Both the position numbers and the translations under genes were made by a program. Below, piece after piece: positions 37,847-47,215 of a stretch of DNA of 64,000 bases (positions are counted from its first letter, which is position 1; each line of letters starts with the position of its first letter). Origin of the DNA: Clostridiales bacterium UBA1234 (GTDB lineage: Bacteria; Bacillota; Clostridia; TANB77; UBA1234); the NCBI GenBank assembly GCA_002308995.1, contig DBWQ01000009.1, positions 87,040 to 151,039 on the forward strand, in the 5' to 3' direction. A model generated the notes under the pieces. It did no database searches, was not told the origin of the DNA, and saw nothing but the letters and a program-made list of their open reading frames with translations.

Positions 37847-38605
37847 TTATATGGTAATCTCTAACTTTTTTGCATTTTCTTTAAAACTTTCAAAATCATC
37901 ACTGGCATAAAATGAAGAAGTACCAACATGTGAGGAATCATTTGCTAAATGATTTTGCTCTAAAAAGTCATGCGTATCTTTGGCAGATTCTTTGCCGGCA
38001 TTGATGATTTGAACTTTGCTTCCCATTTCAAGTTTCATTTGTTCTTCTAAAATAGGGTAGTGGGTACAGCCAAGAACTAAAGAATCTAAGTTTTTATCTT
38101 GTAGCTTTGACAAGTATTCATGAATGACAAGTCTGGAAATTTCACTTCCTGCAAAGCCTTCTTCGACAATTGGTACAAAGAGAGGGCAAGCAAGAGAATG
38201 AATCGTGGCCTGAGGGTGATGTTTTAAAATTTCGTTTTTCCAAGCTTCACTCTTGATAGTACCTTTGGTAGCAATTACCCCTACAGTATTTCCTAAATTG
38301 GTTTTGGCAGTTGGCTCAATAATGTTTTTGATAGGAATTTGATAGCTGTTTTTGAGTTCCTCGTAAGCTTGGGCACTAGCAGTACCACAAGCAATAACAA
38401 TCATTTTGACATTTTGAGATAGTAAAAACTCTACGATATTTTTAGCATATTCTATGATTTTTTCTTTAGATTTATCTCCATATGGCAGATGGGCAGTGTC
38501 GCCATAGTAGATAAAATCTTCATGAGGTAATTCCTTCATATATTCTTTGAGTACGGTTAACCCTCCACAGCCAGAGTCAAACATACCAATTGGTCTTGTA
38601 TCCAT
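37847..38605 (-). CDS. murI: Glutamate racemase
   Basis: Starts at MDTRPIGMFDSGCGGLTV after the RBS aggagg. Contains VIACGTAS and GCTHYP. The longer ORF running to 38815 is an artefactual extension. Confidence 0.92.
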   Translation of the reverse strand: MDTRPIGMFDSGCGGLTVLKEYMKELPHEDFIYYGDTAHLPYGDKSKEKIIEYAKNIVEFLLSQNVKMIVIACGTASAQAYEELKNSYQIPIKNIIEPTAKTNLGNTVGVIATKGTIKSEAWKNEILKHHPQATIHSLACPLFVPIVEEGFAGSEISRLVIHEYLSKLQDKNLDSLVLGCTHYPILEEQMKLEMGSKVQIINAGKESAKDTHDFLEQNHLANDSSHVGTSSFYASDDFESFKENAKKLEITI

Positions 38606-38710
38606 TTTCGTTCCTCCTAAGTCTTTTTTCCTTATTATATCATATTGCTTTTTAAAAAGATATATTATAAAATAAACGCAGATTGTAAAAGATAGAAAAA
38701 GGAGGAGATA

Positions 38711-39028
38711 ATGATGGTACATCATATAGAAAATGGACAAATTGTAGGAGAGGTGATCAAAAATCAAGGCCTTGTGATTGTAGATTTTTTTGCCACATGG
38801 TGTGGTCCTTGTCAAATGCTTGCACCTATTTTAGTAGAAATTGATAAAATGTACGAAGAGGTAGAAGTTTACAAAGTGGATGTGGATGAAAATCAAGACG
38901 CAGCGATGCGATATGGCGTAAATGCTATGCCAACAATTGTCTTTTTTAAAGATGGGAAAGAAGTCGAAAGGCAAGTAGGATTACTTCCTAAAGAAGAACT
39001 GATGAAGATTGTGGAAGAACTAAAATAA
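38711..39028 (+). CDS. trxA: Thioredoxin
   Basis: WCGPC active site in a ~105-aa protein. Confidence 0.92.
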   Translation: MMVHHIENGQIVGEVIKNQGLVIVDFFATWCGPCQMLAPILVEIDKMYEEVEVYKVDVDENQDAAMRYGVNAMPTIVFFKDGKEVERQVGLLPKEELMKIVEELK

Positions 39029-39064
39029 AAAAAGAAGGTGCTTTTTTAAAGCACCTTCTTTTTG
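39029..39064 (+). terminator. Rho-independent terminator of trxA
   Basis: Hairpin aagaaggtgc-ttttttaaa-gcaccttctt followed by TTT. Confidence 0.8.
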
Positions 39065-39207
39065 GGATATTAGAAAAAACATGCAAGCCTAACAAAGGGG
39101 GAACCCAAAAAAAGGCTTGCATGATGATTTACCTAATGGTCTATCATGGAATCATTGTATTGGTTTCATGTGAATTTTTGATGAACAGGATGTGCCTATC
39201 ATGAAAA

Positions 39208-40680
39208 TTATGCTTTTTCAAGTTCAAACCAAAAATTAACGCCGCCTTCTGTGTTTTCACATCCATAAGCTTGATGATGTTGCTTCATAATGGCTTTTAC
39301 AAGAGATAAACCAATGCCACTACCACCAGCATCTCTATTTCTTGATTTATCCGCTTTATAAAGTCTATCCCAAATTTTGATGAGGTCTTCATCCGCAATA
39401 GGATTTCCTGTATTAAAAATAGATATTTTTACCTTTTTCGTATCGGTATCTTCAATGGTAATTTGAATTTTCTTTTGCTCGTTGACATGTTTAATGGCAT
39501 TATTGAAATAGTTAGTAATGACTTGTTCAATGCGGAAAGTATCGCCTTTTACTAGGGTTTCTTTTGTATCGTCAAACTGAACCGTAATTTCTTTTTCTTT
39601 TAAGAGTAATTCTTGTTTTTTGACAAGATTTTGGATGAGTTCTGTAATGTTAAACTCCTGAATGTTAAGCTCATTTTTTCCGTATTCAAGATTCGAAAGA
39701 TCAAGTAGACCACGCGTTAATTCTGCCATTTTATTGGATTCATCAAGAATGACGTCTAAGTAATATTTCTTGCTATCTTCATCTGTGACTACGCCATCTA
39801 CCAAACCTTCTGCATATCCTTGAATTAAGGCAATTGGTGTTTTTAATTCATGGGATACATCTGAGATAAACTGGCTTCTCATTTCAGAGAGTTTGGAAGT
39901 TTCTTCGATATCTTTCTCAAGTTCTAAATTGGTAGTTTTTAATTCTTGGATTGTTTTTTCTAAGTTAGAGGAGAGAGTATTGATACTGGTGCCAAGGGTG
40001 CCAATTTCATCATCCGTGGTAACCTCATATTTTTGCGAAAAATCTAATTGAGACATCTTTTGCGAGATGCTGTTTAATTCCTTAATGGGTTTGGTAAATG
40101 TATTAGAAATGATGAAAGCACTAATACCACTAATGATAAGAGCAACGATTCCTGCCGCAATTAAAAAATGATTGGTAATAGAAACACTTTCTTCTATCGA
40201 TTCCATCGGAGTTCGAATGAATATTTTATTGTTATCGCCAATTTTCCCAAATAGGAAAATAAAATCAGAATTGACTTTACGGTCGTTCACTACTTGGATC
40301 GTGTAGGTATCCTTATTTTTTAGCTGGTCGTCACTCAGGGTAAATGGAGAATTTAATTCTGGAAGAAAAAATCGGTTTCTAGAAAAGTCTCGCGAAGTAG
40401 AATAAATCGTTGTTTCTTCATCGTTTTGGATAATAATGTCGATGTTTTTTCTGGCATCGATTTTTTCTAGTTCCATTTCGATTTCAGCAAAATTGGATTG
40501 ATAATCGTAGTCTTCATAGATTTTACTGATATCAGAGTAGAGACGTGCTAAATCTTTTTTCTTGGTATAAATATAGTAGTTTTTTAAAACGGTGGTATTT
40601 AAAATCCAAACAATCCCAATTACCATAAAAACAAGAAGGGCACAATACATAAATAGTTTTCGATTAATTGATTTTTTCAT
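39208..40680 (-). CDS. Sensor histidine kinase (HAMP + HisKA + HATPase)
   Basis: Two TM helices, H-box SHELKTPIA, and a G-box (GGSGIGLS). Confidence 0.9.
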   Translation of the reverse strand: MKKSINRKLFMYCALLVFMVIGIVWILNTTVLKNYYIYTKKKDLARLYSDISKIYEDYDYQSNFAEIEMELEKIDARKNIDIIIQNDEETTIYSTSRDFSRNRFFLPELNSPFTLSDDQLKNKDTYTIQVVNDRKVNSDFIFLFGKIGDNNKIFIRTPMESIEESVSITNHFLIAAGIVALIISGISAFIISNTFTKPIKELNSISQKMSQLDFSQKYEVTTDDEIGTLGTSINTLSSNLEKTIQELKTTNLELEKDIEETSKLSEMRSQFISDVSHELKTPIALIQGYAEGLVDGVVTDEDSKKYYLDVILDESNKMAELTRGLLDLSNLEYGKNELNIQEFNITELIQNLVKKQELLLKEKEITVQFDDTKETLVKGDTFRIEQVITNYFNNAIKHVNEQKKIQITIEDTDTKKVKISIFNTGNPIADEDLIKIWDRLYKADKSRNRDAGGSGIGLSLVKAIMKQHHQAYGCENTEGGVNFWFELEKA

Positions 40681-40691
40681 GGATTCACCTC

Positions 40692-41360
40692 TTATTCAAA
40701 TTTATACCCCAATCCTCGAATGGTTTGGATATGGTCTCCCTTTTTTCCCATCTTTTTGCGTAGCTTTTTAATATGACTATCAATCGTCCTTGAATCTCCG
40801 TAATAATCATAATTCCACACGTTGTTTAAAATCTTTTCACGTGATAGTGCTATATCTTTATTAGAAATTAAATATTTTAATAGTTCGAATTCTTTCATGC
40901 TTAAATCGGCATTTTGTCCATCAATGGTTACCACATGGGCAATATCATCAATGACAATACCATCTACTTCGGTAATTTGATTGCTCTCCGGGTAGCAACG
41001 GTTTAATAAGGATTCGACTCTAGCCACTAATATCTTGGGACTAAATGGTTTGGAAATATACTCATCTACGCCAAGTTCAAAGCCAAATAATTCATCTCGT
41101 TCTTCACCACGAGCGGTAAGCATTATGACAGGAACTTTAGAGGTTTTACGAATTTCTCGTAAGGTGGACCAACCATCTAAAACAGGCATCATGACATCCA
41201 AAATGATGAGATGGATATCGTTTTGCTGGGCAAATAACTCAAGTGCTTTTTCTCCATCTTCTGCCTCAATAATCTCATATCCATTGGCAGATAAAAAATC
41301 ATTTAATAATTTGCGCATACGGCTCTCATCATCTACAACAAGTATTTTATGGGTATTCAT
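40692..41360 (-). CDS. OmpR-family response regulator
   Basis: Receiver domain (ILVVDDE..LDVMMP) and a winged-helix C-terminus (IQTIRGLGYKF). Confidence 0.92.
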   Translation of the reverse strand: MNTHKILVVDDESRMRKLLNDFLSANGYEIIEAEDGEKALELFAQQNDIHLIILDVMMPVLDGWSTLREIRKTSKVPVIMLTARGEERDELFGFELGVDEYISKPFSPKILVARVESLLNRCYPESNQITEVDGIVIDDIAHVVTIDGQNADLSMKEFELLKYLISNKDIALSREKILNNVWNYDYYGDSRTIDSHIKKLRKKMGKKGDHIQTIRGLGYKFE

Positions 41361-41513
41361 TTCAAATCAAATCCTTTCTCCTGTAGTGGCAACATGTGCC
41401 ACATATCATTTGTAATAGTGATCTTGTTTCTCACTGCCACGTGAAAAGAACACCACTACTATCTATTATTATGATAAAAAACTTCTGTGCTTTTTGTGTG
41501 AACAATTGATAAA

Positions 41514-42233
41514 TTATGTGAAAAATAATGCTTTGATAGCGACTAATACAAGCATGTGAATAGGATAAAATGCATAAAATAAGCCTTTTAACGATTTCCC
41601 TTTTTCTCCATTATAAAGATAAATAAGTGGCAATGCTAGAAGCATATAAAATTGAACGTAGATAGAGGTGCTGTGATAAAGCCATAAAGTGATAGAAACA
41701 TAAAGGGTGGTTAAGGTAAAAACAAGGGAAGTGCAAAGCACATGATGATCCATAAAATAATAAAAAATAAGAACTAGGACAACACCATAAAACCCGTAAT
41801 CCATGGGAAGAAATAACGAAACAAGGAAAACAGAAAGTGTTATAGGAATCATGGTGGTATTTGTTTTAGAACGCTCTAATAGCCATAATAATAAGAGCGC
41901 AATGAAAAACGTAAAACCAATATTCAAATACCAAGTAGAATGCCATAGCTTAGAAACATAAGTATTTAGGCTAGGGCTACTTTTTAGCAAATGGGTATTT
42001 CTCATCATCATAAAAGGAATTTCAGAGTATAGGGCAAACCATAAAATGCGAAGGAGATACTTGGTTTTGGAATGTGTTTTTTTGTACCCTAAGGCAATTT
42101 GAAAAGCAAAAATAGGCATAGCAATTCTTCCAATCATCCTAAAAAGGATTTTTTGGGGAAATAGAGTATGGCCTATATGATCAATCAACATCGTGATTAA
42201 AGCAATGATTTTTAAAATAAAAGAAGACATCAT
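41514..42233 (-). CDS. TraX family membrane protein
   Basis: LKIIALITMLIDHIG at the N-terminus; polytopic. Confidence 0.7.
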   Translation of the reverse strand: MMSSFILKIIALITMLIDHIGHTLFPQKILFRMIGRIAMPIFAFQIALGYKKTHSKTKYLLRILWFALYSEIPFMMMRNTHLLKSSPSLNTYVSKLWHSTWYLNIGFTFFIALLLLWLLERSKTNTTMIPITLSVFLVSLFLPMDYGFYGVVLVLIFYYFMDHHVLCTSLVFTLTTLYVSITLWLYHSTSIYVQFYMLLALPLIYLYNGEKGKSLKGLFYAFYPIHMLVLVAIKALFFT

Positions 42234-42365
42234 TTCACATCCTTTATTGATTATTGTATCTTACTTTCACCAAGAGTACAATGAAAAAAGACTTTCTATG
42301 GAAGAAAGTCTTTTAAAAGGGCATGAAAAAAGCGTCAAACGAAGTTTGACGCGTCAAGACAAAAT

Positions 42366-42665
42366 TTAGTCATCATGGTTTTGCAAAAGATTACCAGCAA
42401 AATCCATCACCAGACCACCAATGGTAAACTCAGAGAAGAGAACAATTGCAGAATAAATCAAAGAGGTACCTAAAGTATAAAGACTGATGGTTTGGATAAA
42501 GCTTTTATTATAGGTAAGAATACTAAGCCCAATGAAACACAGAGCAACAGAAATAATTGCTCCGACAATAATCACTTTCTTAGAAAATTTGTTAATGGAA
42601 TTTAGTTTTTCAAAAATCTTATTCATTTTCATCATCCCCTTGTGTATAACATAATTATAGCACAA
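42366..42665 (-). CDS. Small hypothetical membrane protein
   Basis: Two TM helices. The likely start is at MKMNKIF. Confidence 0.5.
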   Translation of the reverse strand: MCYNYVIHKGMMKMNKIFEKLNSINKFSKKVIIVGAIISVALCFIGLSILTYNKSFIQTISLYTLGTSLIYSAIVLFSEFTIGGLVMDFAGNLLQNHDD

Positions 42666-42944
42666 AAGTAGCTAAAAATCAATCTCAAAAAGGCTTCAAA
42701 CACTTGCAAATAGGCAATTCTAAGCTTGCTGACTTACGGAAATAAGAGTTTACAGAATTCAAAAATTTTTTTAGCAAAGAAAAGGATTGCTATGGGAAAA
42801 ATAAGGGCTTCTTACGGATAGAGGCACTTAAGCAAAAAGAGGGCGATAAGAGAAAAGACAAAAAATGTAAAAAAATTACAATTTATATTCGCAAAAGGCA
42901 ACAAAAAAACGACCTGTTGGTCGTTTTTTGCATGTTTTCAATCC

Positions 42945-43208
42945 TTATTTGATAGTATTTAATGTTTTTGCAAGATTTGATTTTTTTCTAGAAGCAGTGT
43001 TTGCTTTGATAACACCTTTAGCAGCAGCTTTATCAACAGCTTTGGTTGCTACTACAAATTTCTCGCTTGCATCCTCTTTGTCACCAGCTTCTACAGCAGT
43101 TTTAAAGTTTTTAACAGCTGTTTTATATGCGGTTTTAATCATAGCATTTTGTTTTGTTTTTGTCTCAATTGTTTTCACTCTTTTGATAGCAGATTTAATA
43201 TTTGGCAT
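42945..43208 (-). CDS. rpsT: 30S ribosomal protein S20
   Basis: MPNIKSAIKRVKT.. with a terminator hairpin (acgacc-tgt-tggtcgt) downstream at 42905-42932. Confidence 0.93.
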   Translation of the reverse strand: MPNIKSAIKRVKTIETKTKQNAMIKTAYKTAVKNFKTAVEAGDKEDASEKFVVATKAVDKAAAKGVIKANTASRKKSNLAKTLNTIK

Positions 43209-43458
43209 ACGTTTTGGCACCTCCTTCATGAATCATGATGAAATTCTTAACACAGTTTAGCATATAATCTAAAAAAAAGCAAGAGATAATTCAAAAGAAA
43301 GAAGAAAACAAAAGTTCTTGATTTTTTTATCATTTCTATTGACAAGTAAAAAAAACTTGAGTATAATAAGCATTGTTATATGAAGTGGAAGAGACTAATT
43401 GAGTGTATAACCCTAAATCCCTATAACAATGAGAGGAATTTCGGAAGGAGGGAAAAGA

Positions 43459-43632
43459 ATGTCAGGAATAAAAATAAGAGATAATGAATCCATAGATAAT
43501 GCGTTAAAGAGATTTAAAAGAGATTGTGCTAGGAGTGGAGTTTTACAAGAGGTTAGAAAAAGAGAACATTATGAAAAACCTAGTGTCAAAAGAAAGAAAA
43601 AATCAGAGGCTGCAAGGAAGAGAAAGTTTTAA
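43459..43632 (+). CDS. rpsU: 30S ribosomal protein S21
   Basis: [21 protein letters not shown]... The promoter TTGACA-17-TATAAT lies at about 43339-43367. Confidence 0.93.
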   Translation: MSGIKIRDNESIDNALKRFKRDCARSGVLQEVRKREHYEKPSVKRKKKSEAARKRKF

Positions 43633-43687
43633 AATACAAAAAATGGGGGCTTAATGATAAGCCCCTTATTTTTTAAAATAAGGAGGA

Positions 43688-44137
43688 ATGGATATGTTAA
43701 AAGAAACATTGTTACAAGATTTTAAAGAGGCAATGAAAGAAAAAAATGATTTAAAAAAGAATACTGTTATGATGGTAAGAGCGGCGATTCTTCAAATTGA
43801 AAAGGATAATCAAATAGAAGTAGATGATACCCAAATTACTGAGATTATCGCCAAAGAAGTTAAAAAAAGAAAAGAGTCTTTAATCGATTACGAAAAGAGT
43901 GGTCGAGAAGATTTGATTTCACAAATCAATGAAGAAATTGCTATTTTAAAATCCTATCTTCCAGAAGAGTTGTCAATGGAAGAATTACAGAAAATTATTA
44001 GGGAATGTGTAACGGAATCTGGTGCAGAATCTATGAAAGATATGGGAAAAGTAATGAAGCTTGCCAAAGAAAAGACGGCGGGGAGAGCAGACAATAAAAC
44101 CATTAACGAAATCGTTAAAGAATTGTTAAGTGAATAG
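43688..44137 (+). CDS. GatB/YqeY domain protein
   Basis: LKETLLQDFKEAMKEKN...YLPEELS is typical of YqeY. It follows rpsU, a common arrangement. Confidence 0.85.
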   Translation: MDMLKETLLQDFKEAMKEKNDLKKNTVMMVRAAILQIEKDNQIEVDDTQITEIIAKEVKKRKESLIDYEKSGREDLISQINEEIAILKSYLPEELSMEELQKIIRECVTESGAESMKDMGKVMKLAKEKTAGRADNKTINEIVKELLSE

Positions 44138-44295
44138 CCTACACTAAAAAAATCACTCTTGCTTGACAAGAGTGATTTTTTTGCTTTCAAAGCATCAGCG
44201 ATGAAAGATTTTTTCAAGTTCTTTCTATTGACAAATTTCTTCAAAAATAGTACTCTAAAATTAAGCATAAGTATATTAATGGAGGGAGTTTAATT

Positions 44296-45900
44296 ATGGG
44301 AATTAACATGAAAGGTATTTTTAAAGATGATCAAGAAACTCTAGTATTAGATAGAAGATCCAAAGCCATTCGAGGTCTTATTAAAATGCTTGTGGTTGTC
44401 ATTATCCTCATTGCTATTGGGTTTGTAGTTCTTAATTGGCAAGACAAAGATAAAGTAAGAAGAGACATGATTATCCAAGATATGATGATTTTACAAGATG
44501 CGGTTAAAAATAAAGCGATGGAGCATAATTTGGACCCAGAAAATGTGACTTTGATTGGTTCAGAATTATCCAATAACCCTCAAAATATCACTACAAATGG
44601 TGTGACAGAGCAGTATCGTTATGGGTATTATTTGCTTCAACCAGACCAATTATTAAAGCTAGCTCCTGCTGTTAATTCTAGAACAGAGTACTATATTGTA
44701 AATTATGATACTTTTGATGTGATTAACTTTAAAGGTGTTAAGTATAATAAATTAGAGTATCACACCTATGAAGATATGATGCTTATTAAGGCAGGAAAGC
44801 AACCTCCTGTTAGACAAATTATTCGTTCCGCTAAAGATTTAGAAAAAATTAGAAGTAACCCAAATGGTTATTTTAAATTATCCGGAAACTTAGATATGTC
44901 TGTTTATACCACTGCAGAAGGATGGGAACCAATTGATCAATTTAATGGTACATTAGATGGTAGAGGCTATACGATTAAGAATTTAAAAATTCATCGACCA
45001 TCGACAGATACGATTGGCTTGTTTAAAAACGTTAACTCTACGGCAAGAATTACGAATTTAAAATTTGAAAACGTGGATATTCAAGGGGCAGGTTATGTTG
45101 GCGTTTTAGCTGGTTCTTGTGCAGGTAGTGTGAGCTATGTAAAAGTATTGAGTGGAACAGTGAATGGTAACACCAATTATACCGGTGGACTAGTAGGTTC
45201 TCTTGCAAGCGGAACGATTTCTAACTGTACTGTGAAACTAGAACGTATCAGTGCGAATAGCTATGCGGGTGGTTTAGTCGGAATGATGTATTCTGGTACC
45301 CTTCAACAAAGCAAGGCTACTACCACGATTCTTGGAACTGAGTCATTAGGTGGCGCAGTTGGTTGGACATCTGTTGTTTCGCCAACTACGATTAGACAAG
45401 TAGCTGCCGACACTAGAATTACAGGTAACAAAGATATGGGAGGAATTATTGGTAAAATCGATACTTCTTCTAGTGAAAAATTTATCTTAACAGATACATA
45501 TGCAAAGGGAACAATCAATGGAAGTCATACCAATGGCGGTGGATTAATTGGTTCTGTAAGATGTGTAAGTGACGGAAATATTTCTTTAACCTATTTATAT
45601 GCAGATATTGATATCGTAGATACCAAAGGTGCTACGACTGGTGGTGGAATTGGCTATACAGATATTGCAGTTACTTCAGCTGTTAAACTTAAGGACTGCT
45701 TCTGGGAAAAAGATATAGCTCCTGGAGAAACACTAGATGGTATTGGATCCAAAGCACAAGGTACATTTATTCTTAGCTGTGATTCTAAGACCCCAGAACA
45801 AATGAAAATTAGATCTACCTATACAAACTGGGATTTCGTAGAGATATGGGCCATGAATGAAAGATATGGAACACCATATTTAATGTGGGAAAAGAGATAA
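44296..45900 (+). CDS. Membrane-anchored GLUG-motif repeat protein
   Basis: N-terminal TM helix and repeated GGLVG/GGIIG/GGLIG (GLUG) motifs. Confidence 0.7.
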   Translation: MGINMKGIFKDDQETLVLDRRSKAIRGLIKMLVVVIILIAIGFVVLNWQDKDKVRRDMIIQDMMILQDAVKNKAMEHNLDPENVTLIGSELSNNPQNITTNGVTEQYRYGYYLLQPDQLLKLAPAVNSRTEYYIVNYDTFDVINFKGVKYNKLEYHTYEDMMLIKAGKQPPVRQIIRSAKDLEKIRSNPNGYFKLSGNLDMSVYTTAEGWEPIDQFNGTLDGRGYTIKNLKIHRPSTDTIGLFKNVNSTARITNLKFENVDIQGAGYVGVLAGSCAGSVSYVKVLSGTVNGNTNYTGGLVGSLASGTISNCTVKLERISANSYAGGLVGMMYSGTLQQSKATTTILGTESLGGAVGWTSVVSPTTIRQVAADTRITGNKDMGGIIGKIDTSSSEKFILTDTYAKGTINGSHTNGGGLIGSVRCVSDGNISLTYLYADIDIVDTKGATTGGGIGYTDIAVTSAVKLKDCFWEKDIAPGETLDGIGSKAQGTFILSCDSKTPEQMKIRSTYTNWDFVEIWAMNERYGTPYLMWEKR

Positions 45901-45950
45901 TATGAGTGGGCGACCTTTGGTCGCCCTAGTGTTTTATCGATTGATGAATC

Positions 45951-46442
45951 ATGGGGGAGGAAAAAATGTTCAAAAAACAAGATGGTATTTCAATTATCAT
46001 GTTGGTAATTAGTATTGTAGTAATGCTTATTTTAATTTCCATCGTGATGAATTCAAGTTTAAATAGCATAGAAGAAGTAGATAGTGTGAAAATCGAAGAC
46101 GAAATTCGAAACTTAAGAGAAGCTGTAAATGATAGAATGATTAATTATGAAAGAAATTCTATTTTATATCCAATGGTTGGAAGAAAAATTGCAGATGATA
46201 AGATTTATTTGTTAGTTCGTTCGATTGATAACAAAGATTCTTCAGAAATTAGCAGGATGATTTCAAGTATCAATAAAAACTATTCAGAAGAAACCAAGAA
46301 TTATTATCGTATAGTGGGAAACAGCGATGCACAAAGCCTAGGTGTTTCCAATATTGATCCAGAGCATTATTATGTGGTGGATTATATTGAAGTTGAGGTG
46401 TATGGACCAGTTTCCTTAGAGCTAGTTCAAGGATTAATCTAG
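45951..46442 (+). CDS. Pilin-like (prepilin-type N-terminal helix) hypothetical protein
   Basis: The likely start is ATG 45966. KKQDG|ISIIMLVISIVVMLILISIV resembles a class III signal peptide but lacks Glu+5. Confidence 0.5.
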   Translation: MGEEKMFKKQDGISIIMLVISIVVMLILISIVMNSSLNSIEEVDSVKIEDEIRNLREAVNDRMINYERNSILYPMVGRKIADDKIYLLVRSIDNKDSSEISRMISSINKNYSEETKNYYRIVGNSDAQSLGVSNIDPEHYYVVDYIEVEVYGPVSLELVQGLI

Positions 46443-46453
46443 GAGGAAAAAAC

Positions 46454-46963
46454 ATGAATAAATCAGGAGTCACATTTATTAATCTGGTGGTAATGATTAC
46501 TGTTATGATTATACTCATTAGTGTTGCCGGGTACTATTCGCTTGATGGTGTCAAGAATAGTTATACTGCAAGACGCAAAAAAGAGCTTTCTAACGTGGTC
46601 GAATATGTATCTGTTTTACGAGCAAAGCTATTAAATGATGAATTTGAAGTAAAACAAGAGCCGATTGATCCTTCGGCGCTTTTACTTGTGGCAGAGCCAT
46701 TATCAGAAGCTTCCTTGAATGCGATTATTGATGTCAATTCATTTGAAAAATTGGATAAGAATTATAAATATGTTTATGTCAAAAATATAGAACTTGGAAA
46801 CAAAGAGTATTCGGATGGCGATATTGTTGTAAAAGATGCTAAGTATAATTACATTATTAATTTCTTTACGGGAACTGTCATTGCTTTGTACGAAGATTCT
46901 AATTATGAGGTGTCTGGCGTTGTAAAGGATTTATCCACAATTTTAAGTGAAAAAGGAGCTTAG
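46454..46963 (+). CDS. Pilin-like hypothetical protein
   Basis: MNKSG|VTFINLVVMITVMIILISV has the same architecture and follows the RBS aggagg. Confidence 0.5.
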   Translation: MNKSGVTFINLVVMITVMIILISVAGYYSLDGVKNSYTARRKKELSNVVEYVSVLRAKLLNDEFEVKQEPIDPSALLLVAEPLSEASLNAIIDVNSFEKLDKNYKYVYVKNIELGNKEYSDGDIVVKDAKYNYIINFFTGTVIALYEDSNYEVSGVVKDLSTILSEKGA

Positions 46964-47014
46964 CGTTTTTGCTCACGATTCATATAGAAAAATCATATTA
47001 TACATTAAGAGGAG

Positions 47015-47200
47015 TTGAGCTTAATGTATAATTTTTTTGTCGATGTTTGGATATGGTCTTTTGCGATTTTTGGCATGTGGAAGCTTTGGGACGAAACGGC
47101 CGTAGAAAGCATTGCGTTTTTGATAGAAATGGTAGGTAGAATGTATCAGAAAACAATTGCTATCTTGAAACCAAAAGGATATAATGTGGGTAAAAGATGA
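47015..47200 (+). CDS. Possible small membrane protein
   Basis: 61-aa ORF with a TTG start and one hydrophobic helix. Support is weak. Confidence 0.3.
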   Translation: MSLMYNFFVDVWIWSFAIFGMWKLWDETAVESIAFLIEMVGRMYQKTIAILKPKGYNVGKR

Positions 47201-47215
47201 AGAAAGGAACGTACC

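Noticed and set aside
37847-38815. Long N-terminal extensions of murI (to 38815), dfx (from 35025), GH18-2 (from 59246), the ClpX-like gene (from 32311) and spoVT (from 53839).
   Set aside because: Internal starts with strong RBSs coincide with the conserved protein N-termini. The extensions overlap promoters or neighbouring genes.
44296-46963. Calling this cluster a bona fide type IV pilus or Com pseudopilus operon.
   Set aside because: The window has no ATPase, platform protein or prepilin peptidase, and both pilin-like N-termini lack Glu+5. I kept them as pilin-like hypotheticals only.
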